From: Spizellomyces punctatus DAOM BR117
Taxonomy: Eukaryota
Assembly: GCA_000182565.2 (NCBI GenBank)
Contig: KQ257453.1
Reading direction: 5' to 3' (one strand)
DNA: 64,000 nt
Both the position numbers and the translations under genes were made by a program. Positions 13,633-27,100 of the stretch are shown one piece after another (positions within the stretch are counted from its first letter, which is position 1; the number at the start of each line of letters is the position of its first letter). The notes under the pieces are model-generated. The model ran no database searches. It saw only the letters and a list, made by a program, of their open reading frames with translations, and had not been told where the DNA came from.

Positions 13633-13929
13633 ACAGTGTAATTTTATGGAATCAAGTATCTATCCTTCTTTAGAGCAACGTTTCTATTCATGACTACTTT
13701 AACTACAATGTATATCAAAACCACTTTCACGATGAAAGGAAAGCACTATCTAACAAAAGTCTAACAAGAAAAACATGAGGCCACAGGCACAGGATTACAT
13801 AGTCAAAGTGAGAGAAGTGTACGGGTGAAGTGGAATATGAATGGGGAAGGCGGACCAAAGGGGAAAGTAATGCCAGCATCATCTAGTTCCCCACCATTTA
13901 CCTTTCTTGATGCGTAGAAAACAGGTGGA

Positions 13930-15942
13930 CTACATGATCGTGCAACCACAGCACCCTTTCTCAGTCTCGTTAGTGACTGATCTGTTTTGTGTTGAACGAG
14001 GTCCAGGTGCAACTTTTGCATCGGTAGACATAGAAGGAGATGTTAGTGATGGAACTGACAGGGTGGAGGCAATCTCAGAGTCATTTGGAAGTCTCGGTAG
14101 GTCATTCTTTGCATGTTCAGCGCGAGACTTGGCTTCCTCTGCCGCCATGAGACGCTCCAAGTCCGCTCGCCACGCATCCGAGTCCAGGAGCGCCATGTCT
14201 TTGACTGTCTTTTTGCGTTGTAGCGCTTCCTGGAGGGCCAATTCGGCAGCCTCTTCCGCCAGGCGTTGCTCCTCTTCCTCTCGTTGTTTACGATCTTGGG
14301 AAGTTTCAGATCGGGGGTTAGATATTGTCGAGCGCGTTCGTTCCGCTTCCGCTTCGCGTTGAGCGGCTTCCATTTCCCGCAGCTTGCGGGCTTCCGCTTC
14401 TTGTTCCCGTCTCTGAGATTCGGCAAATTCAGCCTCAGCGGCTGCTCTGACACGCTCGGCCTCTTCCCTCGCCCGTTCGGCAACCGCCTGTAGCAGAGCC
14501 TCTTGCTCAGGGGTTAGTTGTTCCTTGGGTTTGGGCTCTTCCGGCTGTTGCTCGGCTGCCGGTGCCAATATTTCGCCACTGTCCTTCTTATCTTGGGGAA
14601 TGACAGGAAGATCCTTCTCAACTTTCGGTTGTGCTCCTGCGTGGGCGGCGCGCTTTGTTATTTGTTCCTCCTGTAATCTGCGCGCTTCTGCCTCTACTGC
14701 ACGCTGCTCGGCAAGCTTTCGCTCTTCTGCTGCGTGACGCGCTTCCTCTACAGCTCGCGCTGCAGCTAACTTGCGCTCTTCTTCAAGCCGGAGGGCTTCT
14801 TCCTCTGCCTCCTTCTTCTTCCGTATAGCTTCCTCTTCGGCATGCTTTCTTGTCAGGTAGGCCTCGCGCTCCGATGGCGACATTTGCTAACAACTATTAT
14901 TAGGGACAATGCACGTGATTACCTATTGGTGAGAGTACGCACCTTGACTCTGCGTTCTTCCTCGAAGCGGGCCATAGCTTCGTGCTGTTTTCGCAGCTTC
15001 TCCTCACGTGCCCTTTCTTCCTCCTTACGAATTCGCTCTTGTTCTTCCTGCCGAGCACGCTCTTCTTGGATCTTCTTCTGCTTGGCTAGCTCCAATTTGG
15101 CGAACGCTTCCTGCTCTTTTCGCTTCAACTCAGCCAGCCGCTCTTCTTCTGCACTAGATGCATCAAGATTGTTCGATGAGCAAACAACAAGATGGCACTT
15201 GACAGTCTTAGCTACGTTACCGTTTGGCTGCCTCCATTTTCTGTCGCTCAAACTCCGACATTTTTTCCTTCTGTTTCAACAAGAGCCTCTCCCTCGCCGC
15301 CTCTTCCTCCTTCCTGGCCCTTTCTTCTTCGTCTTTTCGCAACTTTTCCTCAGCCTGGAGTTTCTGTTTCAGAATTCTCGCTTTCTCGAACATTTCAGCC
15401 TCCTGCCGCTTCTGGGCTTCCAGAGCTTCCTGTTGTTTCCGACGAAGTTCCTCCCGTTTGGCGATTTCGAACTGGTTAAGAGTTTGGGTGCGAGTGGCCG
15501 GTGGTATGATTTTCGAATCACTGTATATCCCATCTGTCAATTATGCCACACAGTCGTTTTCGCTCTTACGCATTCGCAACCTTGAAAACCTACCCAGCAG
15601 TCGCATTATCCGTCACCGACGGGACCGTCCGCTTCTCAGCATGCTCGCCCTCTGGAGCGCCCGCTAGAACACCGCCGTCATCTTTTGGCGGAGTGTGGGG
15701 CGGCAAGACTGGCAAGTCTTTGGACGCTATTGGTTCAACCAGCGCTGGGGTGGCAATCCCACTGTCGGTCGGCACCGCAGTCATCTGAGTTTCCTCCTCA
15801 AGCGTGATCTCAGAGATGGCAGGTGTTATCACACTGGTCTCGGTCTGGTATGAACTTGTATGAGCTTTCCACGAATACACTTTATGCGGTGCGCGGAGGT
15901 GTGACAACGGCGGCAACTGATTGCGCTCTTTTTACTCACCAT
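13930..15942 (-). CDS. Charged E/R/K-rich helical protein with a C-terminal CaaX box (GCCGCTIM)
   Basis: Consecutive minus-strand exons (ORFs 15590-15916, 15217-15540, 14919-15251, 13930-14883) with GT-AG borders. The ATG at 15942 is followed directly by gtgagt. The protein ends KGCCGCTIM*. Confidence 0.75.
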
Positions 15943-16446
15943 TGTGCCTTGTGCTGTCCTGTCGCAGGAGCTCCCTCACGCCCTTGGAAAGACCCTTTGA
16001 GGTATGAACGAACCAAGCCGAAATGCCCCTTCGTCACAAAAGCTCTCAGCAAGGGCACGGTCAACAGGTGCGTTTTGCTTTGGGCCGTTGGATCTTAAAC
16101 GGTTTCCTTTCCACCAAAAAGGGTGCAAAATGCGCGTCAGTCACGTGTCAGCGGAAGCCAGCGATTTTTTGCTTAGCTAAGCAAGTTTCCAGGGTCTCTT
16201 TACGGGGCATTTTGTTTACAACCTAAAAATGCTTTCAACTCGTCGTCTTTTGATGCCGACGTGTTGGAGGCATTGAGGGAAGCGACGGGTCAACAGCCTC
16301 AGAAATGGAATTCATGAAAACAGTCTTTGAAAGAGACAGGACGATCAAAGCAGGTTGGAGGACGTCTCGACTACCAACCATTTTACAGTGGAGGCAGCCA
16401 AATGGGCAAAAACGGTGGCCGTCGTAGCAAAATGTCAACTCTTCGT

Positions 16447-16518
16447 TGGAGTAGCGGAGGATCGAACTCCGGGCTTCCTGCATGCGAAGCAGACACTCTA
16501 CCACTGAGTTACTACCCC
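16447..16518 (-). tRNA. tRNA-Ala(CGC)
   Basis: Reverse complement is GGGGTAGTAACTCAGTGGTAGAGTGTCTGCTTCGCATGCAGGAAGCCCGGAGTTCGATCCTCCGCTACTCCA: cloverleaf, anticodon CGC, G3:U70 alanine identity pair. Confidence 0.96.
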
Positions 16519-16606
16519 ATTGGAGCTTGGCGAAATCTTTTGTAGCTTGTTTTGCTGTCTTTCACAACATGTACACATCAAAAAAATGAGTCTCGAGAAG
16601 ATGAAA

Positions 16607-16678
16607 TGGAGTAGCGGAGGATCGAACTCCGGGCTTCCTGCATGCGAAGCAGACACTCTACCACTGAGTTACTACCCC
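16607..16678 (-). tRNA. tRNA-Ala(CGC), identical tandem copy
   Basis: Same 72-nt sequence 160 bp away. A T7 Pol III terminator follows it (A-run at 16580-16586). Confidence 0.96.
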
Positions 16679-16992
16679 ATCACGAGAAATCCCTGCTCAA
16701 CGAATTGATGACAATTTTCTAATGAGTAATGGAAATGCATAGAAAACCATCGAACATTACGCCTATGATTCGAGTGCATTGTACTGAGCTTAGCACTAAT
16801 TAACGCGATTTTCCTCGAACCTCCTCGAACCTTTTTCTGCGAGATTCCCCTGTTGGCCCTTCGTAATAAAAAGGAGGCCTTTGACCGTCGCCCCCTCCTC
16901 TTCCCAGACTCTAGAATTTCCTGCTAGCTCATCTCTAGCTTTCTTCCCTCCAATCCGCTTTTTGTTTATCCCCCACAAATACACACACCACA

Positions 16993-19177
16993 ATGTCTGA
17001 GACAGAAACCTTTGCTTTCCAGGCTGAGATCTCTCAGGTAAGGATCGACATCACACAAATGTCACACTTTCTGCGCACGTCACACTTGCCGATGCTGACT
17101 TTCTTTTGTTTGTTCACAGTTGATGTCCCTCATCATCAACACCTTTTACAGCAACAAAGAGATCTTCCTTCGTGAGATCATCTCCAACGCGTCAGATGCC
17201 CTCGACAAGGTCCGATACCAATCCCTCACAGATCCATCTGTGTTGGACTCTGAGAAGGAACTCTTCATCCGCCTTACCCCTGACCGTGAGAACAAAATCC
17301 TTGACATCCGCGACTCTGGTATCGGTATGACAAAGGCTGATTTGGTGAACAACCTTGGTACCATTGCAAAGTCTGGTACCAAGGCGTTCATGGAGGCCCT
17401 TCAGTCTGGTGCCGACATTTCCATGATTGGTCAATTCGGTGTCGGTTTCTACTCTGCATACCTGGTTGCCGACAAGGTACAAGTCATCACCAAGCACAAC
17501 GACGACGAACAATACATCTGGGAGTCTGCCGCTGGCGGTTCATTCACCATCACTCGCGACACCGAGAACCCATCGATCGGCCGCGGAACCATTGTTCGTC
17601 TCCACATGAAGGAAGACCAATTGGAGTACCTTGAGGAGAAGAAGATCAAGGACATTGTCAAGAAGCACTCAGAATTCATAGGTTACCCCATCCAACTTGT
17701 TGTCGAGAAGGAGGTTGAGAAGGAGGTTGAGGACGAAGAGGCAGCTGAAGAAGAGAAGAAGGATGAGGAGGACAAGCCCAAGATTGAGGAGGTTGAAGAC
17801 GAAGAGGAGAAACCCAAGAAGAAGAAGACCATCAAGGAGAAGACAAAGGAGACTGAGGAGCTCAACAAGACAAAGCCCCTTTGGACGCGCAACCCCGATG
17901 ACATCACCAACGAGGAATACGCTGCTTTCTACAAGTCGCTTTCTAACGACTGGGAAGAGCACCTTGCTGTCAAGCACTTCTCTGTTGAGGGACAGTTGGA
18001 ATTCCGTGCTATCCTCTTCGTTCCCAAGCGTGCACCTTTCGATCTTTTCGAGACCAAGAAGAAGCGCAACAACATCAAGCTCTACGTCCGCCGCGTGTTC
18101 ATCATGGACGATTGCGACGAGCTTATCCCTGAATGGCTCAACTTTGTCAAGGGTATTGTTGACTCTGAGGACTTGCCTCTCAACATCTCCCGTGAAATGC
18201 TTCAACAGAACAAGATCCTCAAGGTCATCCGTAAGAACTTGGTCAAGAAATGCCTTGAAATGTTTGCCGAAATCGCAGAAGACAAGGAGAACTTCACCAA
18301 GTTCTACGAGGCCTTCTCAAAGAACATCAAGCTCGGTATCCACGAAGACTCTACAAACCGCACAAAACTTGCGGAGCTTCTTCGCTTCCACTCCACAAAG
18401 TCTGGTGATGAATTGACCTCATTGAAGGACTACGTTACCCGCATGCCCGAGAAGCAAAAGAACATCTACTACATCACCGGTGAAAGCCGCGTCGCTGTGG
18501 AAAACAGTCCATTCCTTGAGGTGCTCAAGAAGAAGGGCTTTGAGGTTCTTTACATGGTTGACCCCATTGATGAGTACTGCGTGCAACAACTCAAGGAGTT
18601 TGACGGTAAGAAGCTCATGAGCGCCACCAAGGAAGGTCTCGAGCTGGAGGAAGATGAGGAGGAGAAGAAGCACATTGAGGAGCTGAAGGCTGAGTTCGAA
18701 GCGCTCTGCAAGCAAATCAAGGACATCCTTGGTGACAAGGTGGAGAAGGTTGTCATTTCGAACCGTATCATCAACAGCCCTTGCGTCCTCGTCACTGGCC
18801 AATACGGCTGGTCCGCGAACATGGAGCGTATCATGAAGGCACAAGCCCTCCGCGATTCAAGCATGTCCGCTTACATGGCGAGCAAAAAGACACTCGAACT
18901 CAACCCTGATCATTCCATCATCAAGGCCCTCAAGTCAAAGGTGGACGCTGACAAGAACGACAAGACTGTGAAGGATCTCACCCAGCTGCTCTTTGAGACT
19001 GCTCTATTGGCTTCTGGGTTCTCTCTTGAGGACCCCTCTGGCTTTGCCAGCCGTATCCACCGCATGGTGAAACTTGGTCTTTCCATTGACGAGGAGGAGG
19101 CAACAACATCAGTGGATGATGACCTCCCACCATTGGAGGAGGCAACTGCTGAGAGCAAGATGGAGGAGGTTGATTAA
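16993..19177 (+). CDS. HSP90: Cytosolic heat shock protein 90, one intron (17038-17119)
   Basis: [47 protein letters not shown]-terminal MEEVD. Confidence 0.99.
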
Positions 19178-19612
19178 GTATGGTCGATAAAATGAACATA
19201 CAGTGGCGGGGGGTGTGTGATTGTTCTTATTTGGGGTGGTTGAGTAGGTAGATATTGTAAATGTTATTCGCGGTCGAAAGTCCCAATGTCGTTTGGGAGA
19301 TTTTGTTAATACGATATCGCATTTCCTCTTTATGTCTTTTTTAATGTGGGAATGGAATGGCCGTTTAGCATTTGAAAGGCGCAGCAGCAGTTCAACCGCG
19401 TTGCTTGAACAAAAAGGACAGATCTCGGGTACGCTTAACAAACCATAGAACTATCACAACAAAAGTTTACCGCCAACAGCAGAGAAGGGTAGTCCAACGG
19501 TAATAAGACTAGCACTCTTTGCTTCGTCACGCACTCAACGTCGAGTTGACTGCAAGCACAACCAATTCCGCAAATCCGCATCTCTCCCTAAAACGTCCAC
19601 CGAATCGCATAA

Positions 19613-19960
19613 ATGTCCGCACCAGCAGATGCATCAAAAACCCTTGCCTCCGCCAACCGCTTCTCCCCCGTAGCCCTTCGCAACAACGCAGGAGTCCTCC
19701 AGTATGCGCGTTCTTCCCTTGCCTTTATATCCGGTGCCGCAGCCGGCATCCTGGGTCTAGAAGGCTGGCTCCACGGATTCCTCTTTTACGTAGCCTCTTC
19801 CCTCGTTCTCTCCCTAATCTTGTGGCTAAAGACCGGATTTAACCCAAAGCGCTACTTTCCCACACCGGATATGTTGTGGGTACATGAAGTGGCTGGAAAT
19901 GCATTCAGTTACTTGTTGTTTTGGACGCTGGCGTATGGACTGGTGCATGTGTATGATTGA
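19613..19960 (+). CDS. EMC6: ER membrane protein complex subunit 6
   Basis: 115 aa; NNAGVLQYARSSLAFISGAAAGILGLEG..GFLFY..FSYLLFWTLAYGLVHVY. Confidence 0.92.
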   Translation: MSAPADASKTLASANRFSPVALRNNAGVLQYARSSLAFISGAAAGILGLEGWLHGFLFYVASSLVLSLILWLKTGFNPKRYFPTPDMLWVHEVAGNAFSYLLFWTLAYGLVHVYD

Positions 19961-20123
19961 GAGTTGTTTTCTCTGGGAGGGGTGTGGCTGGATGTCATAA
20001 AACGGTGCAATATATCTTACATCTCAAGGTTGCATTCTCTTCCAGACATTCACGAGTATTGCTCAAACCGATTGGATTGAAATTTTCTACACAGCTAACG
20101 GCCCCAGCAAACATTTACATCAC

Positions 20124-21372
20124 CTATATATCCTCATCCATATCCTCATCCTGCAAGGAAGCCTGGGTAGTAACATGAGCGTTAGAAGGCAATTTAAAAA
20201 AGTCTGTGGAATGAACAGGAAACCTACTTTTGCCGCCCTCTCTGCCTCAGCCGCAATCTCTTTCGGTACAAACTCATGCCTCCCTTTTGACTCCTCGCAA
20301 ACCCAGCTGAGTTCCAATTCAAAGTCCTTGTCTTTTACGTCGTCATGAACAGTGTAGATACTGTTGTAACAGAAAGATAGTGAGAAACATTCCATAACTC
20401 TTTACTCATTTTAATTCTCACTCACATTCGGGCGGCTTCCTTCACTGCCTCGCGGCAGCTCAACTCGGTGAGTTTCAGCTTTTCAATTTCCGTTTTCGCG
20501 ACCTGACGACCCTTTCCTATTGCGCACCCATAAAAGCCCTTACAAAACGAGCGGATTAGCATACGTGATGTAAGATGGTTTGTTCTATTGGGGTACGCAC
20601 ATAGTATACTCCTGAAGGTTCGATATTGTACATCACAGGGCCGTCTTTGTCCACCGTAGCAACAATGGTACTAATACCAAAAGGTCGCACACTAGAGTAT
20701 AATGTGTATGCTTGCACATACTGTCCCAACCGGTCCGCAATCATCTAAGAGAGTTTAAGGTTGATACATGGCATGTGCTACAGATACGGCGGGTTTCATA
20801 TGCTTCGAACCTTTCCGGGAATCGGTGATCTGTAGATGTCTCGATAACTCTGCGCCTCTTCTCTCGCCCGATTCACAAGGTGTCGTGCATCCGCTAAAAA
20901 TCCCGCAGTTGCCTAAAGAACAATTTGATAAGCTCCATCCAATATGTTACGCGAAGCGGCTGGCAACGTACAATTCCTATGTGAGTGTCGGCTGTTTGAA
21001 TGCGTTTGTTCGCCCCAGGCACAAGTAGCTTCGACTGGATAAGCTTCTCTACCGCCAGTACTACCCCATCTTTACAACGGATACCAATGCAGGTGCTACC
21101 ATAGAGCGAGTAAGAGCGTCAGAATTATTGCAATAGTTCTTTGTGCCACAATTTGGACCCAACGTGGCCTATACATATCCATGAACAGACACGCACCCAC
21201 TGTTCTCCACAGCTTTGCCAGCATATTCGACTTGGAAAATCCGGCCGTCGGGTGAGTACGTCGATGCGGAGAGATCGTACTGCACAACACGGTGCAAGGG
21301 TTAAACATGAACGGCGAGCGGCATTTTCAAAAGCGAAAAACAGCAACATACTCCTGTCCCAATGGATGTCAT
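20124..21372 (-). CDS. PRE10: 20S proteasome subunit alpha-7 (PSMA3), multi-exon
   Basis: [70 protein letters not shown]. Confidence 0.96.
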
Positions 21373-21609
21373 GACTCAATTAATGTACAGTGTATTCAAA
21401 AATGGAATACTTCGCACGACTGTCGATGCTTCAGTCGCTGCTGGATGTGATGGGTAGACGCGTGGCAGCAGAGTGCGCTTCATGCTGTCACGAACTTACT
21501 TGCCTTGAGCTTCAGCTTACGAGTCAGTCATCTTGTTGCTATGACAATGGACCGAGGTAGGCTATTGGGAAATCCTATTCTCACCAGAGATCTGCACCGA
21601 TCGCACGTC

Positions 21610-23988
21610 ATGTCGATAGAGATTGAGTCCTCAGAGTACGTTTCTTTGGCTAGCTTGTATTCATATGGTTATTGGAATCATTCTGTATGCATACATGGCC
21701 ATCGCTGACGTATTTTATCCTGATAACAGCGTGATTCGGCTGATACAGCAGTTCCTAAAGGAAAATAATTTACTGCGTACTCTCCAAACTTTACAGGTTT
21801 GTAGCGACCATGGCGTCCTTCCCTCGCCCTGTATATTAAGGAACTTGCAAATCTGCCGTTAGGAAGAAACGACAGTAGCACTCAATACTGTTGATAGTGT
21901 TGAGGCCTTCATCACAGATATCCACAATGGTCGTTGGGATATCGTCCTTAAAACTATATCACAATTGAAGTTGCCCCAGAAGAAGCTGGTGGATCTTTAT
22001 GAACAGGTACGAACGATCTCACTTCCTCTGTTTGCCAGGGGTGACATGAGTCTAATCTTCGAGAAACGGTATAGATTGTAATAGAGCTCATAGAAATGAG
22101 GGAACTCGGTGCGGCGAGATCCCTGCTCCGACAGACAGATCCCATGCAATTCTTGAAAGAGCATTATACAGAACGGTATCTTCATCTGGAGCACTTGTTG
22201 TCGCTGACGTTCTTCGATGAAAAGGAGGTCAGATCTGGTCACGGTTATGCGGGTGATAAGCAGTAGTCGGTAGTTAAATGCTTAAAACCTCTAGGCATAT
22301 CCCAACGATTCTACGAAGCAAAAGCGTCGGCAGATTATTGCTCAAGGTGCTGACGCGCCGATAGCAGATGATTTTGCAAATATGCTGACCATTATTCCCA
22401 GCATTGTCAAGTGAGGTTACCGTGGTGGCCCCATCACGACTTTTGGCGCTTCTCGGCCAATCCCTGAAATGGCAGCATTCGCAAGGACTGTTACCGCCAG
22501 ACGCTGCTTTTGATCTGTTTCGTGGCGCGGCTCCTGTGGCAAAAGCAGAAGAAGACACACCACCGACAGAATGTTATAATTCTATCAAGGTGATCTTCTT
22601 GGATATTCGCTGCTTATTGAAAGCAGAGCAACCTACTTACCCTCGATCAACCGGCTTAGTTTCCCAAGAAGCAACATGCCGAGTGTGTGGTGTTCTCTCC
22701 GGATGGGCAATTCCTGGCGACAGGGAGCGTGGATGGCTTCATCGAGCTATGGAATTACATGACTGGAAAACTTCGAAAGGATTTTAAATACCAGGCGGAG
22801 GTGCGATATTGCGTATTAAAGGCCAATATCCCGTTCTACATCACTAAATGACGTCACTCCTTCTTTAATTTGCCAGGACAATCTAATGGTCATGGAGGAC
22901 GCAGTTCTGACCTTAAATTTCAGTAGAGATAGCGAGCTGCTGGCATCAGGGGCGCAAGATGGAAAGATTAAGGTGAGAAATCCGCATGATTTACGGAGCT
23001 GTATGGTAGATAAGATGCTCATTGAGACGTACGTTCGTAAGGTGTGGCGAGTACAAACAGGACAATGCATACGAAGATTCGCCACCGCGCATACGCAAGG
23101 GGTGACCTCCGTCTGTCTCAGTAAAGATGGCACGCAAGTTCTGAGTTCAAGTTTTGACCAGACAATCAGGTTCGTTGTAAGCGGTCAACACACTGCTCGC
23201 TGCTCGTTGGGAAGTGATGGACAGAAGCTTACCGTGCCGCTAGAATTCACGGACTAAAATCTGGCAAAATGCTCAAAGAATTCCGAGGTCACACGTCCTT
23301 TGTAAACGACGCAGTCTTCTCCCTGGATGGAACGCGGGTCATCAGTGCGAGCAGTGATGGGACCGCAAAGGTAAGCTTTCAAAGATTCACTCGTCGCTGA
23401 ATCTCATTTGATCAAAACCCCGTTCTGTAGATATGGGATACAAAGACTACAGATTGTGTTGTGACCATAACGCTGCATGAGGGGCGGGCCGTTTCAACAG
23501 GTGTACATAGTCCAACAGTTAACCGGATTCTCCTGATGCCTCGAAATATGGATCAATTTGTTCTTTGTAACAAGAGCTCGTACGCTTATGTTCTGAACTT
23601 GCGAGGACAGGTGTGTACATGGTTCTCTCAGCCATACTTTACATGCACTCATATCTGTGACACTTGATAGGTGGTAAAAAGTGTCAGCTCGGGTAAAAAG
23701 GAAGGTGGAGATTTTACAAGTGCCACGCTGTCGGCCAAGGGGGAGTACATCTATTGCGCAAGCGAAGACAATCACATCTACTGCTTTCACTCGGAGAGCG
23801 GAAAAACCGTCACCTCCTTCAAGGTTAGCAAGATGCTACTGTCGTTGGTATTTTATACTGAAAATTTGACTAATGCTGTGATCCTGTAGGCGTCCGAATC
23901 GGAAATTATTGGCCTCTCACATCATCCATTTTCAAACATCATCGCTGTATACGGCGATGATGGGGTGGTGAGCCTTTGGAAACAGTAG
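21610..23988 (+). CDS. SMU1: Spliceosomal WD40 protein SMU1, many introns
   Basis: [87 protein letters not shown]. Confidence 0.96.
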
Positions 23989-24196
23989 TACATTCTTATT
24001 TCGTCACTTTAGTGTAGATGCGACCGTAGTGGTCATGTACATAGTATTTTGATATTGGAGTGCGGAGGGTTCAGTCCATTACGACGTACCCTAGTGTAGG
24101 TAAGGAGTTGGTACTTTTGCCTTCTATGACCAACTCTTGGGGGGGCAATATCTACGAAGATAGACATACACCACCACAGAGGATACACAACCAATT

Positions 24197-27100
24197 CTAT
24201 TTGATATTGGCGTTGGGGATAGATGCTGCCTTGACAACTCCTTTTGCAGTTCTGAATGGAATACCCTTCCAAGTTGCCACGAGGTCGTCTCGTGATGAGA
24301 AGTCCGGCTGCACTGCCTCCCAAACTTTCTTCTTGGGATTTAGTTGCAGCTCAGGTTCTCCTTCGTGGCCCTCGAAATAAACTTTGTCACCAGGTTCGCT
24401 TCCTTCCGGCGGTATCAGGAATTCAACCTTAGTGTGTGCTTCGTCAGAGGCACAGAGAACCATGGCGTGCGACTTGATGCCGCGCATGCTATGCCAAGAG
24501 CAGTTGAGTAATTACTATCGCTTGCTATGCGGCTAGCTGAAACATACCTGACAGGTTTCAGGTTTCTCACAATAAGAACCAGTTTCCCCCGGAGTTCATC
24601 TTCAGTCATGAATTTTACCAAACCGCTTACAACCTCGCGTGGTTTTTCTTCTCCACAATCAATCTGCTCAACGTAAAGGGTGTCCGCGTCGGGATGCTTC
24701 TTCACGTCAAGGATGCGGCCAACACAGATGTCCACCTTGGCAATCAATGATGCTGTGAAGAGAAATTGGAAATTCAGAACCATGTAGATTCCTCAACGAA
24801 GGAAGCTTGATGTAGCGGCTGTACCTTCAGTAGTAGCTGGCGCAGTATGAGCGACCTTATCCTTCTTGTCGGCCTTTTTGTCGTCACTCGGCTCAGAGGA
24901 CACCGAGGACACCGCCACTTTTGGTGCACTCTTTTTCACCTTCCCATTTTCCTAAGAATGACAATGTTGGCACATATTTTTGCATTTCCTGATGACTTTA
25001 TATGCTCACCTCAGCATTAGCACCATATACGTTCTTCACCGGGTACATTTTGCTGACGGACGCAGGATCGATGTTCAGAGAGTCGTCATAAATTGGCTTA
25101 ACTTCGTACATTTTGATAGAGTTTGGTGAGCCCCTTCCGTCGGCCTTCCCATTCTTCTTTTTGCCCTCTTTCTTCGCATCCTTTTTAGATTCACGCCCTC
25201 TACTGCCTTTTCCGGAATTCGGGTCTTGCGTATCCGCTTTCGATTGCAGAGAAGCGGATTTACCATCCGGAACGTAGATGAGATGAATATGCTTGTCGGG
25301 TTTGGAGGCATCCCAAGGTTGATCGCATATGTAATATCCCCTTCGCTCCAGTTGAATGTATTCGCCCTTTTTCACGTTTCGAAGGTTGGCATCTCCGAGC
25401 GCTTCAGTCTGCAAGTGACAACTATGAAGCCTACTCTTCGAAGGTACAATGCTGATCCGATGTCCTTACCTGGAATTCGGACACGGGAGTCACAAAATCC
25501 TTCACATTGTCCTCTTCCTCCAACTTCTTCTTCGTGATCAAGTAATCGAAGTCGTGGAGCATGACATTAACAGGTGTACTCTCTAACTTTCCAGTTGCTG
25601 CCCGAGATAGCCAAGTCAGCTTCTTCTTTGTCTTCTTAAAATCGCCGTCAAGGTTGAGCTTGATTTTGATGAGCTCGATGTGGGATCCATCTGCGGACTT
25701 TGTGATGTCCTCAACGATTACATTTCCCCAGTCCATGAAAGTGACCTGCACAGAAGATTAATAATGTTTACTCTTCACCTTCTATGCTATCCCTTCTCAC
25801 CTCTTCACCGACTTCCAATGCCTTCGCGTCATCAAAGGCGAGGCAGAGCTCGCCAGAGAAGGTGGTGAGTTTTGTTCCCACATCCGGATTCTTCTTGTGC
25901 TTGGGCATCTCTTTGGTGTGGGGTTCAACAGTTTCCCCTACAACATTTACGGGTGTACTGATAGAGAGATATGAGTAAAAGAATGCGTGCTAAGCGAGAT
26001 AGATAGGTGCATACATGTTTTTGAGATCCAAAGCAGTATGTCTTGGTGCGATGGGATCAATGACCTTCTTGTTCAAAGCCCAAATTTTATCCCACTCAAG
26101 ATCGAGATTCTTTTGAGAAGCTCCCTGCATAAGAATGTATTGCCGGAGTGCCTCAATCGTCATACCACGTCGACGAATGCCTCTGATGGTTGGGAAACGT
26201 GGGTCGTCCCATCCGCTCACGAGACCCTCGTTGACGAACCATGTCAATTTGCGCTTAGACAAGAGAGTATACACGAAATTGATACGACTGAGAGCGTGCT
26301 TGTTAGATCTTAATCATTGATTTCACACAACTAACTCACTCACCTGTAATCCCAAATGTGCACCCATCGCAAATTCAGCGTCTTCAGTACCCATTCGTAC
26401 TGTGGGTTGCGGTCACGGTACTCATTGGTACGCAGGGCATGCGTTACACCTTCAATGGAGTCGACAACGGGACACGCGAAGTCGTAAGTTGGATAGATTT
26501 TCCACTTATCACCAGTTCGATGATGTGGGATAAGGTTACAGCGGTATAGCGTAGGGTCCCGAAGCGCCTTATTCTTATTCTTCATGTCCATTTTAGCACG
26601 CAGGCAACATTTTAACCCCTAGAGGAATGGGACACAGGTCAACATCTTGCTGTTGATCACGTGAGCTCTATTGGTACTCACAAACTCGGTGCCATTTTTC
26701 ATCTCGTCAAATCGCCTCAGATTTTCCTCCACCGATAGATCCCGGTTCTTCGATTCCTTTCCTTCAAAGCGCTCAGCCCGCATCTAATTGAATTGTCAAT
26801 GAGAGAGACATCTGACTATGAAAGTCTCCAATCCAACGCTTACAGTATCAACATCCGTGTCATCCACATAGGCCTTCCCGAGTTTGATGAGATCAATGGC
26901 GTACTTGTAGATGGTGTCGAAACTATCTGAGGTGTATGTAATGACATCCCCTTTAACACCGATCAGCAACAGGTCCTCCTTAATCGACTCTTCAAATTCG
27001 CTCTTATTTGGCATTAAGTCATTAAACCTGCGTTTGCTCATAGGGAGAGAGTAAAACACATACCTTCTCCTTGCTTGGATTTGTGTCATCAAAACGAACG

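Noticed and set aside
16800-16930. Heat shock elements upstream of HSP90
   Set aside because: Only imperfect nGAAn arrays (e.g. CTCTAGAATTTCC) are present; plausible but too degenerate to call.
17146-19158. Long antisense and alternate-frame ORFs over HSP90
   Set aside because: Expected shadows of strong codon bias in a highly expressed gene, with no independent motifs.
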